A DNA stretch of 64,000 nt from an uncultured bacterium (GTDB lineage: Bacteria; Hydrothermota; UBA3073; NMUJ01; CBEVQO01): assembly GCA_965552055.1 (NCBI GenBank), contig CBEVQO010000003.1:206381-270380 (forward strand). Direction: 5' to 3'. How positions within the stretch are numbered: the stretch's first letter is position 1; every line of letters starts with the position of its first letter. The notes under the pieces were generated by a model. The model did no database searches, was not told the origin of the DNA, and saw only the letters and a program-made list of their open reading frames with translations. This document shows positions 9,995 through 20,490 of the stretch, one piece after another. Made by a program: the position numbers and the translations under genes.

Positions 9995-11036
9995 GTTTTC
10001 AAAAGTTATTTTAATATTTTTGATAGCGGGTTGTGTTCATGTTGATATGCTGTTCGATAAAATCGTGAGAAGCGTTACAAATATCGGTGAGTGTTATGAC
10101 ATGGCATTTGGTATAACATCGGGCAATGTGAAAGGCGACACCACACAATATGTTTATGTTGGAGATGAATCGGGATATCTTTATGAGTTTAAATGGGATG
10201 GTAAAAAATGGGAAAAGAGTGTTTTAATGTGTGCAGAAGGCGGTATTGTTGAACTCAAGATATTCTCACTTCGTAATAAAGCTTGTCTTTATGCTGGGAG
10301 TTATGATGGAAATGTTTATGAATTTGAGTGGGATAATGGCTGGAAAAAATCAATTGTGCTATCGACATATGGAGTAATCTGGGGGTTAGAAATAGGTAAT
10401 GCAAGGGGTGATGGCAAGATGCGACTTTATGCGATTTCATCTGAAGGTATTATTTATGAAATTGAGTGGAACGGAGCTTACTGGCAGGCGGATACCGTAG
10501 GGACACAATATTACTCTATATGGGGGCTGACACTGGGCGATGCAAGAGGTGATGGCAAATCCCGTCTTTATACGGTAAATAGCATGGGTGAAATTTATGA
10601 ATATGAGTGGAATGGAACAGAATGGATAGGGAATGAAATAGGGTATGTGGCATGGGATGGCGAGCGAATCTGCATTGCAGATAGGGGCGATGGTAAGCCA
10701 CGCATCTATGTAGCTGGTTATTACGGATTATATGAGTTTGAATGGAACACAACAGGCTGGAGTAAAACTTATATTAAAAAAATAAGCGACGCAAATGATG
10801 TCATTGCTATGAATATAGGTGGAGAAAATGCTTTATTGGTTTCAGATTCACAGGGTTTACTGCATTTGCTGAAATACGATGGCGAATGGAATGTCGAGGA
10901 TATTGAAATAAGCGATAGAAGTGTAAAAAGATTAACTGCAACGGGACAAAAAATCTTTGCTTCTTGTTTCGATTACTGTGTATATGAGATAATATTCAAA
11001 GATATTCATCAGGAAATCGAAGTCGCGGGAAAATGA
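9987..11036 (+). CDS. putative lipoprotein with ~45-aa beta-propeller repeats
   Basis: Lipobox LIAGC; repeats G(D/N)ARGDGKxRLY...G.IYE.EWNG..W. Confidence 0.7.
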   Translation: MVKFSKVILIFLIAGCVHVDMLFDKIVRSVTNIGECYDMAFGITSGNVKGDTTQYVYVGDESGYLYEFKWDGKKWEKSVLMCAEGGIVELKIFSLRNKACLYAGSYDGNVYEFEWDNGWKKSIVLSTYGVIWGLEIGNARGDGKMRLYAISSEGIIYEIEWNGAYWQADTVGTQYYSIWGLTLGDARGDGKSRLYTVNSMGEIYEYEWNGTEWIGNEIGYVAWDGERICIADRGDGKPRIYVAGYYGLYEFEWNTTGWSKTYIKKISDANDVIAMNIGGENALLVSDSQGLLHLLKYDGEWNVEDIEISDRSVKRLTATGQKIFASCFDYCVYEIIFKDIHQEIEVAGK

Positions 11037-12328
11037 ATTTGAATCCCAAAAAACTGGCGAAAATAATAAATGGCAGACCTTATAAATTGAAGTCAAAAGT
11101 TATAAAAGGCTTTTCGATAGATTCGCGCACAATAAAAGAAGGCGAAGTTTTTATCGCAATAAAAGGAGAAAAATTCGATGGTCATCAATTTGTCGAAGAA
11201 GCTCAAAAAAAGAGTAAAACTTTTGCAATTTGTGAAAGGCCCGTAAAAAAAGATATAATTTTGGTAAAAGATACAAAGGAAGCTTTAAAAAGGATAGCAA
11301 AATATTTACGAGAATTAAAAAGGACGCGATTTATAGCGATAACAGGGTCAAATGGAAAAACAACAACAAAAGAAATGGTGTATCAAATTTTAAGCACTCA
11401 TTACGATGTCACAAAGAGCATAAAAAGTTACAACAATTTGTTTGGTGTCGCACTTACTATTTTTAATCTTAAGGATGAAGAGATTTGCGTATGTGAACTT
11501 GGTATGAATCACAGGGGAGAAATTGACGAGCTTGCACGGATTGTTCAACCAGAGACAGGTATTGTTTTAAATGTCGCACCTGCGCATATCGGATTTTTTA
11601 AAAATATAGATGAAATTGCAGAAGCCAAAAAAGAATTAATTAAATATCCGCAGAAATTGATATTAAATGCAGATGATGAAAAAATCAAGGATTGGAAAAC
11701 AGAAAAAGAAACAATTTGGTTTGGCATAAAATCGGGCGATGTTAGAGCAAGAAACATTGAAGTGTCAGAAAATGGCACAGATTTTATTTGTGAGGGAGTT
11801 GATTTCCATCTCAATTTTATAGGCATTCATCATGTTTATAATGCACTTGCTGCTATCTGTGCAGGCAGGCTTTATGGAATAGGTATGCATACGATGTCAG
11901 ATGCATTAAGAAAAGTGAATCCATCGGAAGGGAGAGGTAAAGTTTTTGAAAAAAGAGGAATTAAAATTTATGACAGTTCATATAATGCAAATCCAAAATC
12001 TATGGAATGTGAACTTGAAGCATTTTCTTTTCTTTCCGGGAAAAGAAAAATAGCGGTATTGGGCGATATGTTAGAGCTGGGAGAAAAAGCACGCGATTTC
12101 CACATAGAGATTGGTAGAAAACTGGAAAAATACGGCATAAATTATTTAATAGCATACGGAGATTTAGCAAAATATTATCTCGAAGATGTAAAAATTCCTT
12201 CTTATTATTTCAGCTCGAAAGAAGAATTGACACAATTTTTGCGTAAATTTGTTGAAGAGGGTGATGCTGTGTTCTTTAAAGCATCGAGAAAAATAGGGTT
12301 GGATGAGGTTATAAACGAGGTGTTTTGA
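11033..12328 (+). CDS. murF: UDP-MurNAc-pentapeptide synthetase
   Basis: ITGSNGKTTTKEM, ELGMNHRGEI, YNANP, LGDMLELG, KASR. Confidence 0.96.
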   Translation: MNLNPKKLAKIINGRPYKLKSKVIKGFSIDSRTIKEGEVFIAIKGEKFDGHQFVEEAQKKSKTFAICERPVKKDIILVKDTKEALKRIAKYLRELKRTRFIAITGSNGKTTTKEMVYQILSTHYDVTKSIKSYNNLFGVALTIFNLKDEEICVCELGMNHRGEIDELARIVQPETGIVLNVAPAHIGFFKNIDEIAEAKKELIKYPQKLILNADDEKIKDWKTEKETIWFGIKSGDVRARNIEVSENGTDFICEGVDFHLNFIGIHHVYNALAAICAGRLYGIGMHTMSDALRKVNPSEGRGKVFEKRGIKIYDSSYNANPKSMECELEAFSFLSGKRKIAVLGDMLELGEKARDFHIEIGRKLEKYGINYLIAYGDLAKYYLEDVKIPSYYFSSKEELTQFLRKFVEEGDAVFFKASRKIGLDEVINEVF

Positions 12329-13401
12329 TGCTTTACCATTTTCTTTATCCATTAAAAGAAATATGGTTTCCGTTTAATGTTTTTCGCTACATTACATTCA
12401 GGACAGCGGGTGCAGGTGTTACATCTGCATTTATTTTTTTTCTGTTAGCACCACGCTTTATAAAATTTATTGAGAAAAAAGGATTTTATGCAAATCCACG
12501 GGACCCTGCACTTAAAGATACCACTCCAAAATTAACATTGGGAGGTGTGTTGATATTATTTTCGGTTCTTATATCTACGATTTTATGGGCAGACATTACA
12601 AAAGGCATAGTTTTACTTGCACTTTCTACGACACTTGGAATGGGATTGATAGGACTTTTTGATGATTTTATGAAAATAAAACTGGGTGACGGTGTAAAAG
12701 CACGCTGGAAATTGCTCTATCAGGCGATAATAGCGGGGATTGTCAGTTTTTTTCTGTTAAGAATATGGAAAAATTTTGAATTCGCAACATCGACAAATAT
12801 TTTGTTTTTTAAAGAAGTATTGTTAAAATTTGGAATTTTGTATCCTCTCTTTGTGGTCATTGTTTTACTTTCTACCGTGAACTCTGCTAATTTAGCGGAT
12901 GGGCTTGATGGATTGGCTGCGGGTTTGTCACTCGAAGCTGCTGTAGCTTATGCTATTCTCGCTTATATTGCAGGTAATATAAAAGCCAGCAGTTATCTTG
13001 GTGTTATTTATGTTCCGGGTTGTGGTGAGATAACGGTATTTCTATCATCGGTTGCAGGAGCATTACTCGGGTTCTTATGGTATAATTTTTATCCCGCAAG
13101 GATAATAATGGGGGATGTGGGGGCAATGGGGGTTGGGGGAGCAATCGGAATATCTGCAATATTAACAAAGCAGGAGATACTTTTGATAATAGTTGGAGGT
13201 GTTTTTGTGCTCGAAGCTTTATCTGTAATTTTACAGGTTATGTATTTCAAAATAACTGGCGGAAAAAGAATATTCAGAATGACACCTCTACACCATCACT
13301 ATCAGTTAAAGGGTGACAAAGAGCCACAGATCGTTGTGAGATTCTGGATTCTTGGATTGATTTTCATGCTTTTTGCACTTTCCACCCTTAAATTGCGTTA
13401 A
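12328..13401 (+). CDS. mraY: phospho-MurNAc-pentapeptide transferase
   Basis: NVFRYITFR, NLADGLDGL, MGDVG, PLHHHY. Confidence 0.96.
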   Translation: MLYHFLYPLKEIWFPFNVFRYITFRTAGAGVTSAFIFFLLAPRFIKFIEKKGFYANPRDPALKDTTPKLTLGGVLILFSVLISTILWADITKGIVLLALSTTLGMGLIGLFDDFMKIKLGDGVKARWKLLYQAIIAGIVSFFLLRIWKNFEFATSTNILFFKEVLLKFGILYPLFVVIVLLSTVNSANLADGLDGLAAGLSLEAAVAYAILAYIAGNIKASSYLGVIYVPGCGEITVFLSSVAGALLGFLWYNFYPARIIMGDVGAMGVGGAIGISAILTKQEILLIIVGGVFVLEALSVILQVMYFKITGGKRIFRMTPLHHHYQLKGDKEPQIVVRFWILGLIFMLFALSTLKLR

Positions 13402-13416
13402 CAAACCAAAAAATCA

Positions 13417-13444
13417 TTGACAATTTCGAAAGATGAATTATATT
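13417..13444 (+). promoter_or_regulatory. internal dcw promoter upstream of murD
   Basis: TTGACA-16bp-TATATT, ATG at 13452. Confidence 0.55.
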
Positions 13445-13451
13445 GAGGTGC

Positions 13452-14684
13452 ATGAGAGTAAGCATTGTTGGATTCGGTAGAGCCGGTAAATCATGTGCCG
13501 AATTTTTGCATAAAAAAGGTTTTGAAATTTTTATAAGTGAAAAGGAAAACATAGAAATCCCTGAATGGGCAGAAGGAGAAACAGGCTGTCATACGGAAAA
13601 AATTTTGAATGCCGATTTTATAGTTTGCAGTCCCGGAGTGCCTGATTTACCTGTTTTTGAAAAAGCAAAGAAAATGGGAATACCTGTAGTTGATGAAATA
13701 GAAATAGGTTTTAAATATTGCAAAAACAAAACAGTAGCCATAACCGGAACAAATGGCAAGACAACAACCTGTTATCTGTTAAAAAACATTTTGGATAAAG
13801 CAGGTAAAAAAGCGGTAATCGCAGGGAATATGGGGATACCTTTTACCGGAATAGTTAACGATTTGAAAGGAGATGAAATTGTGATTCTTGAAGTAAGTTC
13901 CTTTCAATTGCGAAGAATAAATAAATTTCGACCTTATATAGGGATGATTTTGAACATTTCCGAGGACCATCTGGATAAACATAAAGATTTTGAGGAGTAT
14001 GTTAATGCAAAATTTAGGATTTTTGAGAATCAAAAAGAAGAAGATTTTGCCTTATTGAATGAAAATTTAAAAGGATATTCCCATGTTCAGCGGATAAAAT
14101 CGCAAATTTTTTGGCTTTCGGAGGTGGATTATCCTGTATTATGGCGTTGCTGGCGTTTAGATGCTACATTTGCTGCAAAAGCTGCAGAAATCTTGAGCTG
14201 TAATAAAGATGCAATAGAAGAAGGGATAAAAACTTACAAGGGAGTGCCTCATCGTCTTGAACTGGTAGCGGAATTTGAAGGAAGATTTTTTGTAAATAAT
14301 TCTATGTGCACAAATCCCGAAGCTTTTGAAAAATCATTGTTATCTTTTGACAAAAAGCCGATAGTTATATGCGGTGGAAAGGATAAAGGTTTCGGCGTAG
14401 AGAGAATTTGCCCTGCACTAAAAGAAAATGCAAAATTTGCAATCTTAATCGGTGAAACAAAAGAAAAAATTTCCGAAAAATTACGGAAATTAAAGTACAA
14501 AAATTTCCGAATTGTTGAAGATATGTGTGAGGCTGTTTTTGAAGCTTTTTCTGTGAGTTCAAGAGGTGATTATATCGTTTTGAATCCGGGTTTTGCGAGT
14601 TTTGATCAATTTAAAGATTTCGCAGATAGGGGGGAAAAATTCAAGAATTGCGTTCAAAATTTGATTTCGGTTTATTCTTCGTAG
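13452..14684 (+). CDS. murD: UDP-MurNAc-L-Ala:D-Glu ligase
   Basis: SPGVP, ITGTNGKTTT, EVSSFQL, DHLDKH, PHRLE, PGFASFDQF. Confidence 0.95.
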   Translation: MRVSIVGFGRAGKSCAEFLHKKGFEIFISEKENIEIPEWAEGETGCHTEKILNADFIVCSPGVPDLPVFEKAKKMGIPVVDEIEIGFKYCKNKTVAITGTNGKTTTCYLLKNILDKAGKKAVIAGNMGIPFTGIVNDLKGDEIVILEVSSFQLRRINKFRPYIGMILNISEDHLDKHKDFEEYVNAKFRIFENQKEEDFALLNENLKGYSHVQRIKSQIFWLSEVDYPVLWRCWRLDATFAAKAAEILSCNKDAIEEGIKTYKGVPHRLELVAEFEGRFFVNNSMCTNPEAFEKSLLSFDKKPIVICGGKDKGFGVERICPALKENAKFAILIGETKEKISEKLRKLKYKNFRIVEDMCEAVFEAFSVSSRGDYIVLNPGFASFDQFKDFADRGEKFKNCVQNLISVYSS

Positions 14685-15706
14685 TTTTGATACTCGGTTT
14701 TTGGGGATGCATAATGGTTTATTCTGCAACAATGTATGCTTTGCTTTGTGGCGTACCTTCAGAGAAATACTTGCAAAAACAATTTTTGTTGCTCATTTTT
14801 GCAGTGATAATTTGCTTATTTTTTTCGAAACTAAACTATAAAGTCCTCGATAAATTTGCTTTACCAATTTATTTTATCGTATTTTTATTTCTGGTTGCTG
14901 TTTTATTTCAAAAGGGGTATAGAGGGGTTCACAGGTGGTTAAAAGTGTGGAAGATAACTTTTCAGCCTTCGATGCTCGCAAAATATGCCATAATCATTTT
15001 TGTGTCGCACATTTTGAAAGATGAGGAAAGAGTAAAATCTTTTAAACGAGGTGTTTTACCTGTTATCGCTTTTACTTTAATTTATGGAGCACTTCTTGGT
15101 CTTGAACCTTCAATGGGCATGATGGTTTTGATAACTTTAACAGCAATCGCTACGATGATAATAAGCGGAGTTAAACCCAAATACATTTTATTGATAGTAC
15201 TTTTACTAATTGGTGGCTTTATATTTGCTGCTTACAAAATACCTTATGTTAAGCACAGGATAGATTTGTTTTTAAATAGAAGTAGCGGACAGGTTAGGAC
15301 TGCGATTCTTGGTATAGGTAGTGGTGGTCTTTTAGGCGTGGGTCTTGGTTCAGGGAGATGTAAAATGCTTGTGGTAGCTTATCCCCATACAGATTTTATG
15401 TTTGCTACAATAGCAGAAGAACTTGGGTTTGTAGGTGTAGTGATGTTATTTTTCCTTTATTTTGCACTAATGGTAAGGGGTTTCAAAATAGCGTTAAAAG
15501 CACCTGATAGATTTTCATCCCTGCTTTCTTTCGGTATTACATTCTGTATAGTTTTAAATGCTATAATTCATATTGCGGTATCCACCGGTTTATGTCCTCC
15601 TACAGGTCTTCCTTTACCTTTTTTGAGCGCAAGCGGCAGTGCGCTTGTTAGTGATTTTGCTGCAGTGGGTATTCTTTTGAATATCTCGAAGAAAAGAATA
15701 GAATGA
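14648..15706 (+). CDS. ftsW: SEDS peptidoglycan polymerase
   Basis: HRW...FQPS, HTDF.FA.IAEELG, TGLPLPFLS. Confidence 0.92.
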   Translation: MRSKFDFGLFFVVLILGFWGCIMVYSATMYALLCGVPSEKYLQKQFLLLIFAVIICLFFSKLNYKVLDKFALPIYFIVFLFLVAVLFQKGYRGVHRWLKVWKITFQPSMLAKYAIIIFVSHILKDEERVKSFKRGVLPVIAFTLIYGALLGLEPSMGMMVLITLTAIATMIISGVKPKYILLIVLLLIGGFIFAAYKIPYVKHRIDLFLNRSSGQVRTAILGIGSGGLLGVGLGSGRCKMLVVAYPHTDFMFATIAEELGFVGVVMLFFLYFALMVRGFKIALKAPDRFSSLLSFGITFCIVLNAIIHIAVSTGLCPPTGLPLPFLSASGSALVSDFAAVGILLNISKKRIE

Positions 15707-16740
15707 AAAAGATTTTAATAGCAGGCGGTGGCACAGGAGGTCATATCTTTCCAGCGATAGCAATCGCAGAGGAACTAAAAAATTTGAACTTTGAACCAGT
15801 TTTAGTGGGTTCAAGATGGGGGATAGAAGGGAATATTTTTCCGAAATATCCTTTTAAGTATTATCTAACTCATCAAATGGGCTTTGTTGGGAAGAACTTT
15901 ATTCGGAAAATTTTCTCAATCATAAATTTCCTAATCGCTATTTTTGAAGTTTTGGTTATAATTTTTAAGGAAAAACCTGCTGCTGTTGTAGGTACAGGCG
16001 GTTATGCTTCATTTTTGCCTGTTTTCTTTTTATCTTTAATGGGAAAACCTTCGTTAATAACGGAGATAGATTCGATACCCGGTTTTGTTACGAAATTTTT
16101 AAGCAGGTTTGTCCGTGAAGTTCATGTAGCATTTCCCACAGTTAAGTATTATCTTCCTTGCAGGAAGATTCGGCATTCAGGTTTCCCTATTCGTCGTTCT
16201 ATTTTAAGCAGTAAAGGGGAAACAGAGAGGGGGTCAATTTTTATACTCGGGGGGTCGCAGGGTTCCCTGAAACTCAACCTTATAGCAAAAGATTTGCCAA
16301 AATATTTACCGAAAAAATTCAGAATAATATGGCAAAAAGGAAGATTTTCCGAAAAAATTCCAGAAATTAAAGATGAAAGGGTTGAGGTTTATGAATTTAT
16401 AGATGATATGGGCAAATTTTTGCGTCGCGCGGAATTAATAGTTGCACGAGCAGGTGCTCTAACAATAGGTGAAATCGCAGTTTTAGGTAAACCGTCAATT
16501 TTGATACCTTTCCCTTATTCTGCAAGAGGGCATCAGCTACACAATGCCTTATATTATAAGCAATTAGGTGCATGTGAAATTATTTTGGAAAAAGACTTGA
16601 CAGCCCCATATCTTGCACAAAAAATAATAGATATGATGTCTTCTCCTGAAAAGTTGAGAAAAATGTCTTATTCGGCAAAAAAATTCGGAAAAATTTCCAC
16701 AAAAATAATTGCTGAAAGGATAAGATGTTTCGTCACATAA
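15703..16740 (+). CDS. murG: undecaprenyl-PP-MurNAc-pentapeptide GlcNAc transferase
   Basis: GGGTGGHIFP, GGSQG, RAGALT, HQLHNA. Confidence 0.96.
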   Translation: MKKILIAGGGTGGHIFPAIAIAEELKNLNFEPVLVGSRWGIEGNIFPKYPFKYYLTHQMGFVGKNFIRKIFSIINFLIAIFEVLVIIFKEKPAAVVGTGGYASFLPVFFLSLMGKPSLITEIDSIPGFVTKFLSRFVREVHVAFPTVKYYLPCRKIRHSGFPIRRSILSSKGETERGSIFILGGSQGSLKLNLIAKDLPKYLPKKFRIIWQKGRFSEKIPEIKDERVEVYEFIDDMGKFLRRAELIVARAGALTIGEIAVLGKPSILIPFPYSARGHQLHNALYYKQLGACEIILEKDLTAPYLAQKIIDMMSSPEKLRKMSYSAKKFGKISTKIIAERIRCFVT

Positions 16741-18083
16741 AGAAAATACATTTCATAGGCATTGGTGGAATCGGAATGAGTGGAATTGCCGAATTGCTTC
16801 ATAATATGGGGTTCGAAATTTCGGGTTCTGACCTGAAAAGGACTCCTATAACCGATAGGCTGAAAGGGATAGGGATAGATGTTAAAATCGGACATTCTCC
16901 TGAATATGTGAGAGGGAAAGATCTGGTTGTTTACTCATCTGCTGTTAAAGATGACAATATTGAACTGCGGGAAGCCCGTGCTCTTGGTATACCCTGTATT
17001 CCCCGTGCAGAGATGCTGGGCGAACTTATGCGGTTGAAAGAAAGTATTGCTGTGACAGGTACTCATGGCAAAACAACTACGACTTCTATAATTGCCACGA
17101 TATTTGATAAAGCGGGACTTGACCCCACTATAATCGTTGGTGGTAAATTAAAATCTTTACGGACAAACGCTAAACTCGGTGAAGGTAAATTTTTGATTTG
17201 TGAAGTTGACGAAAGTGATAAATTATTTTTAAATATGACACCTGTTCTTTCTGTAATTACATCGATAGATGATGATCATCTGGATAACTATAGGGATATT
17301 GATGAGATAAAGGATGCTTTCTTGCAATTTGCCAACAGAGTGCCGTTTTATGGAGCTGTTTTTTTATGCGCAGATGATAGGAATGTGAGGGAGATAGTAT
17401 CCGGTATCAAAAGGAGATATTTGACTTATGGCTTGAGTGAAGATGCAAGAGTTAGGGGTGAAATTTTGAATACCAATTTTGAATCTGTTTTTGAGGTGTG
17501 GGTGAATGGCGATTATCTTGGCAAGTTTAGATTAAGGCTACCCGGTATTTACAATGTTCAAAATGCACTGGCAGGCATTGCAGTTGCACTTGAGGTTGAG
17601 ATACCTGTATCTGTGATAAGGGATGCGATTGATGAATTTCAGGGTGTTGAGAGGCGCTTTGAAATAAAAGGTGAGAGGAAAGGTGTAAAGGTTGTGGATG
17701 ATTATGCGCATCATCCTTTTGAAATCGAGAATACTTTGCGTACTGCTCGTATGCTTGCACAGGGAAAAGTAATAGCCATATTCCAGCCACATTTATATTC
17801 GCGGACATTAAAGTTAAAAGATAAATTTGGTGAATGTTTTAAATATGCAGATTATACCATCATAACGAAAGTTTATCCTGCGAGAGAGAAGCCGATTAAA
17901 GGGGTTACAGGAAAATTAATCGTGGATGCATGTAAAGAGAAAGGATACAAAAATGTTGAATTTATTGAAGATTGGGATGAGATAAAAAAGAGGGTAGATG
18001 AAATCGCAGAGCCAGGTGATTGGCTTTTAACCATAGGAGCAGGTGATATTTATAAATTGTCAGAGGAGATATTAAAATGTTAG
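16725..18083 (+). CDS. murC: UDP-MurNAc:L-Ala ligase
   Basis: HFIGIGGIGMSG, GTHGKTTT, DDYAHHP, FQPHLYSRT. Confidence 0.97.
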   Translation: MFRHIKKIHFIGIGGIGMSGIAELLHNMGFEISGSDLKRTPITDRLKGIGIDVKIGHSPEYVRGKDLVVYSSAVKDDNIELREARALGIPCIPRAEMLGELMRLKESIAVTGTHGKTTTTSIIATIFDKAGLDPTIIVGGKLKSLRTNAKLGEGKFLICEVDESDKLFLNMTPVLSVITSIDDDHLDNYRDIDEIKDAFLQFANRVPFYGAVFLCADDRNVREIVSGIKRRYLTYGLSEDARVRGEILNTNFESVFEVWVNGDYLGKFRLRLPGIYNVQNALAGIAVALEVEIPVSVIRDAIDEFQGVERRFEIKGERKGVKVVDDYAHHPFEIENTLRTARMLAQGKVIAIFQPHLYSRTLKLKDKFGECFKYADYTIITKVYPAREKPIKGVTGKLIVDACKEKGYKNVEFIEDWDEIKKRVDEIAEPGDWLLTIGAGDIYKLSEEILKC

Positions 18084-19318
18084 GAAAAATTGTTGCAAGT
18101 ATAGATATAGGCAGTTATAAGATAAAAGGCATAATCGGTAGAATAACAGAAGATGGGTATAAAATTTTGGGTTATAATGATATTCCTTCGGCAGGTGTGG
18201 AGAAGGGTCGTCTTGTTGATATTACAGAACTTACGCATAGAGTTAAAGAAGTTTATCACAATGCATGTGATGTAGCAGATATAAATAATGTAGATGTTGT
18301 TTGTTTTGGAGTGGGAGGTTCTCACATTGAGTTAATTGAGAAGGAAAGTTTACCTATTCCTGTGAGTAATGGCAGGGTGACGGAGCGTGATGTTGAAAGA
18401 GTAAGAGAATATGTTTTAAGGAATGTAAAAAAAGATGCAGAATATTTGAAAAAAGAAGTAATACAATCTGAGGTGCAATACTTTAAAATTGACGATAGTG
18501 ATAAAGAAGTTAAGAATCCCGTTGATATGAGCGGAGAATATTTGAAAGTAAATATGGCTGTATTGGTTGGTGATAAGAATGAGGTAAAGGACTATTGTAA
18601 AGTTGCGACTGGTGCGAATATTCCCGTGCCTTCGCTTTTTGTTCAGCCACTTGCAGCGAGTGCAGCAGTTTTAAGAACAGATGAAAAAGAAGCAGGAGTA
18701 GCATGCATCGATATAGGTGACCAGACAACGGATATTGTTGTTTATAAAAGACAAAAAATAAGAAGAAAAGTTAAAATAATAAATAGAGGAGGAAAAAAGG
18801 TTACAGAAGATATAGCAAGTAGATTTGGGATAACTCTTAAAAATGCAGAAGAGATAAAAAAGAAATACGGTAAAGCGATGGTTGATTTGATGAAAGAAGA
18901 GGAGAAGGTAAACAAAATAGAGACCTTTGATACGCAGGGGAATCCTTTGAAGATACCGCAAATAGAACTTGTTCAGACGATAGAAAATTCTATGAGAGAC
19001 CTTCTTATGGAAATTGTTGAAGTAATAAATTCTGAATTGCATCCGATAGATACTCTTGTAGCGGGTGTTGTCATAACAGGTGGTGTTGCTAATCTTCATG
19101 GTTTGCGTGCACTCGCCTATGATGTGATGAAATTATCGGCAATAAGAATAGGTTATCCTGTTACCAGTTGTAGAGATTTAAATAAACCTGAATTTGCTGT
19201 CTCCATTGGTATGTTAAAAATGTTTTCGAATCATAATGTTAAAAGGGTGAAAGCAAAGGGTGGTTTTTCGAGGTTTTTTGACTTTTTCAGGCGTTTAGGT
19301 GAGGATATTTTTAAATAG
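18077..19318 (+). CDS. ftsA: cell division protein FtsA
   Basis: IDIGSYKI, IDIGDQTT, AEEIKKKYG, ITGGVA; precedes ftsZ. Confidence 0.9.
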   Translation: MLGKIVASIDIGSYKIKGIIGRITEDGYKILGYNDIPSAGVEKGRLVDITELTHRVKEVYHNACDVADINNVDVVCFGVGGSHIELIEKESLPIPVSNGRVTERDVERVREYVLRNVKKDAEYLKKEVIQSEVQYFKIDDSDKEVKNPVDMSGEYLKVNMAVLVGDKNEVKDYCKVATGANIPVPSLFVQPLAASAAVLRTDEKEAGVACIDIGDQTTDIVVYKRQKIRRKVKIINRGGKKVTEDIASRFGITLKNAEEIKKKYGKAMVDLMKEEEKVNKIETFDTQGNPLKIPQIELVQTIENSMRDLLMEIVEVINSELHPIDTLVAGVVITGGVANLHGLRALAYDVMKLSAIRIGYPVTSCRDLNKPEFAVSIGMLKMFSNHNVKRVKAKGGFSRFFDFFRRLGEDIFK

Positions 19319-19326
19319 GAGGTGAG

Positions 19327-20433
19327 ATGAAATTTCAGCTTGATTCTGGTTCTGTTCGTGCACCTTGCAGGGTGACAGTGGTGGGGGTAGGAGGCTGTGG
19401 CAACAATGCACTCACAAGACTAATAGATGCAGGGATACAGGGAGTAGAATTTATTGCGATAGATACAGATTTACAGGCATTAAAAGGATGTAAAGCTGCG
19501 AATAAAGTAGCGATAGGAAAAGAACTTACGAAAAATTTTGGTGCAGGAGGGAAACCCGAGGTCGGTAAAAAAGCATTTGAGGAAAGTAAAGAAGAGATAA
19601 AAAAACAACTAGAAGGCTCTGATATGGTTATAATAACCGCTGGAATGGGAGGGGGAACTGGCACAGGAGCTGCTCCTTTAGTTGCTGAGATGTGCAAAAA
19701 TGAGCTGAATGCTTTAACTGTTGCAGCAGTTGCAATGCCATTTAAGTTTGAAGCAAAAAGAAGAAAAATAGCAGAAGAAGGATTAAATGAGATAAAAGAA
19801 GCAGCGGATTCTTATATGATAATAGATAATAATAGATTGCTTGAACACAGAAATTTAACCTTTTCGATGGCTCTGCTGGAAGCTGATAAAGCGTTGCATA
19901 ATCTGATAAAAAGTATAACAGAGATAATAATGACACTTGGTGTGATAAATATAGATTATAGTGATATAAAATCTGTAATGGAAGAAGGAGGAGAAGCATT
20001 TGTGGGTTTGGGGATAGCGAAGGGTGAAGAGCGTGCTCAAAGAGTACTCGAATCTGCATTGAAAGCTCCTTTGTGTGGTAATCCATCGATAGAAGGTGCG
20101 AAAAAGATACTCGTGAACATTAAGGGAGGGAAAGACCTGAAGACAGGAGAGGTAGATTACATAATGGGAGAAATTTACTCGTTAGCCGGTGAAGAAGCTT
20201 TTATAGTAACGGGTTTAATGCAGGATGAGAATACAAAGGATGAAGTAAAATTAACATTAATAGCAACGGGATTGCCAGAGAGAACTTTGCTGGAAGAAAG
20301 ACGGAGAGAACTGGAAGGAGATATAATTGGTGTCAGAAAAAAACGCTTACGAGAGTCACTGGAAAGATTTAAGGACGAAATAGAACAGGAGGAAATACCT
20401 TCTTTTCTGTATTCTAAAGAGATAGAGAGCTGA
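19327..20433 (+). CDS. ftsZ: cell division protein FtsZ
   Basis: GVGGCGNNA, AGMGGGTGTG, INIDYSD, C-terminal IPSFL. Confidence 0.96.
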   Translation: MKFQLDSGSVRAPCRVTVVGVGGCGNNALTRLIDAGIQGVEFIAIDTDLQALKGCKAANKVAIGKELTKNFGAGGKPEVGKKAFEESKEEIKKQLEGSDMVIITAGMGGGTGTGAAPLVAEMCKNELNALTVAAVAMPFKFEAKRRKIAEEGLNEIKEAADSYMIIDNNRLLEHRNLTFSMALLEADKALHNLIKSITEIIMTLGVINIDYSDIKSVMEEGGEAFVGLGIAKGEERAQRVLESALKAPLCGNPSIEGAKKILVNIKGGKDLKTGEVDYIMGEIYSLAGEEAFIVTGLMQDENTKDEVKLTLIATGLPERTLLEERRRELEGDIIGVRKKRLRESLERFKDEIEQEEIPSFLYSKEIES

Positions 20434-20490
20434 TTTGTAAATTCGAAATTTTTAGTTGACAAATTGATATTTTAAATAAATAAAAGTGAA

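Noticed and set aside
19327..20433. Inactive FtsZ (DTD instead of NTD; INIDYSD T7 loop)
   Set aside because: GGGTGTG and the T7 N/D/D residues are retained; consistent with ordinary divergence.
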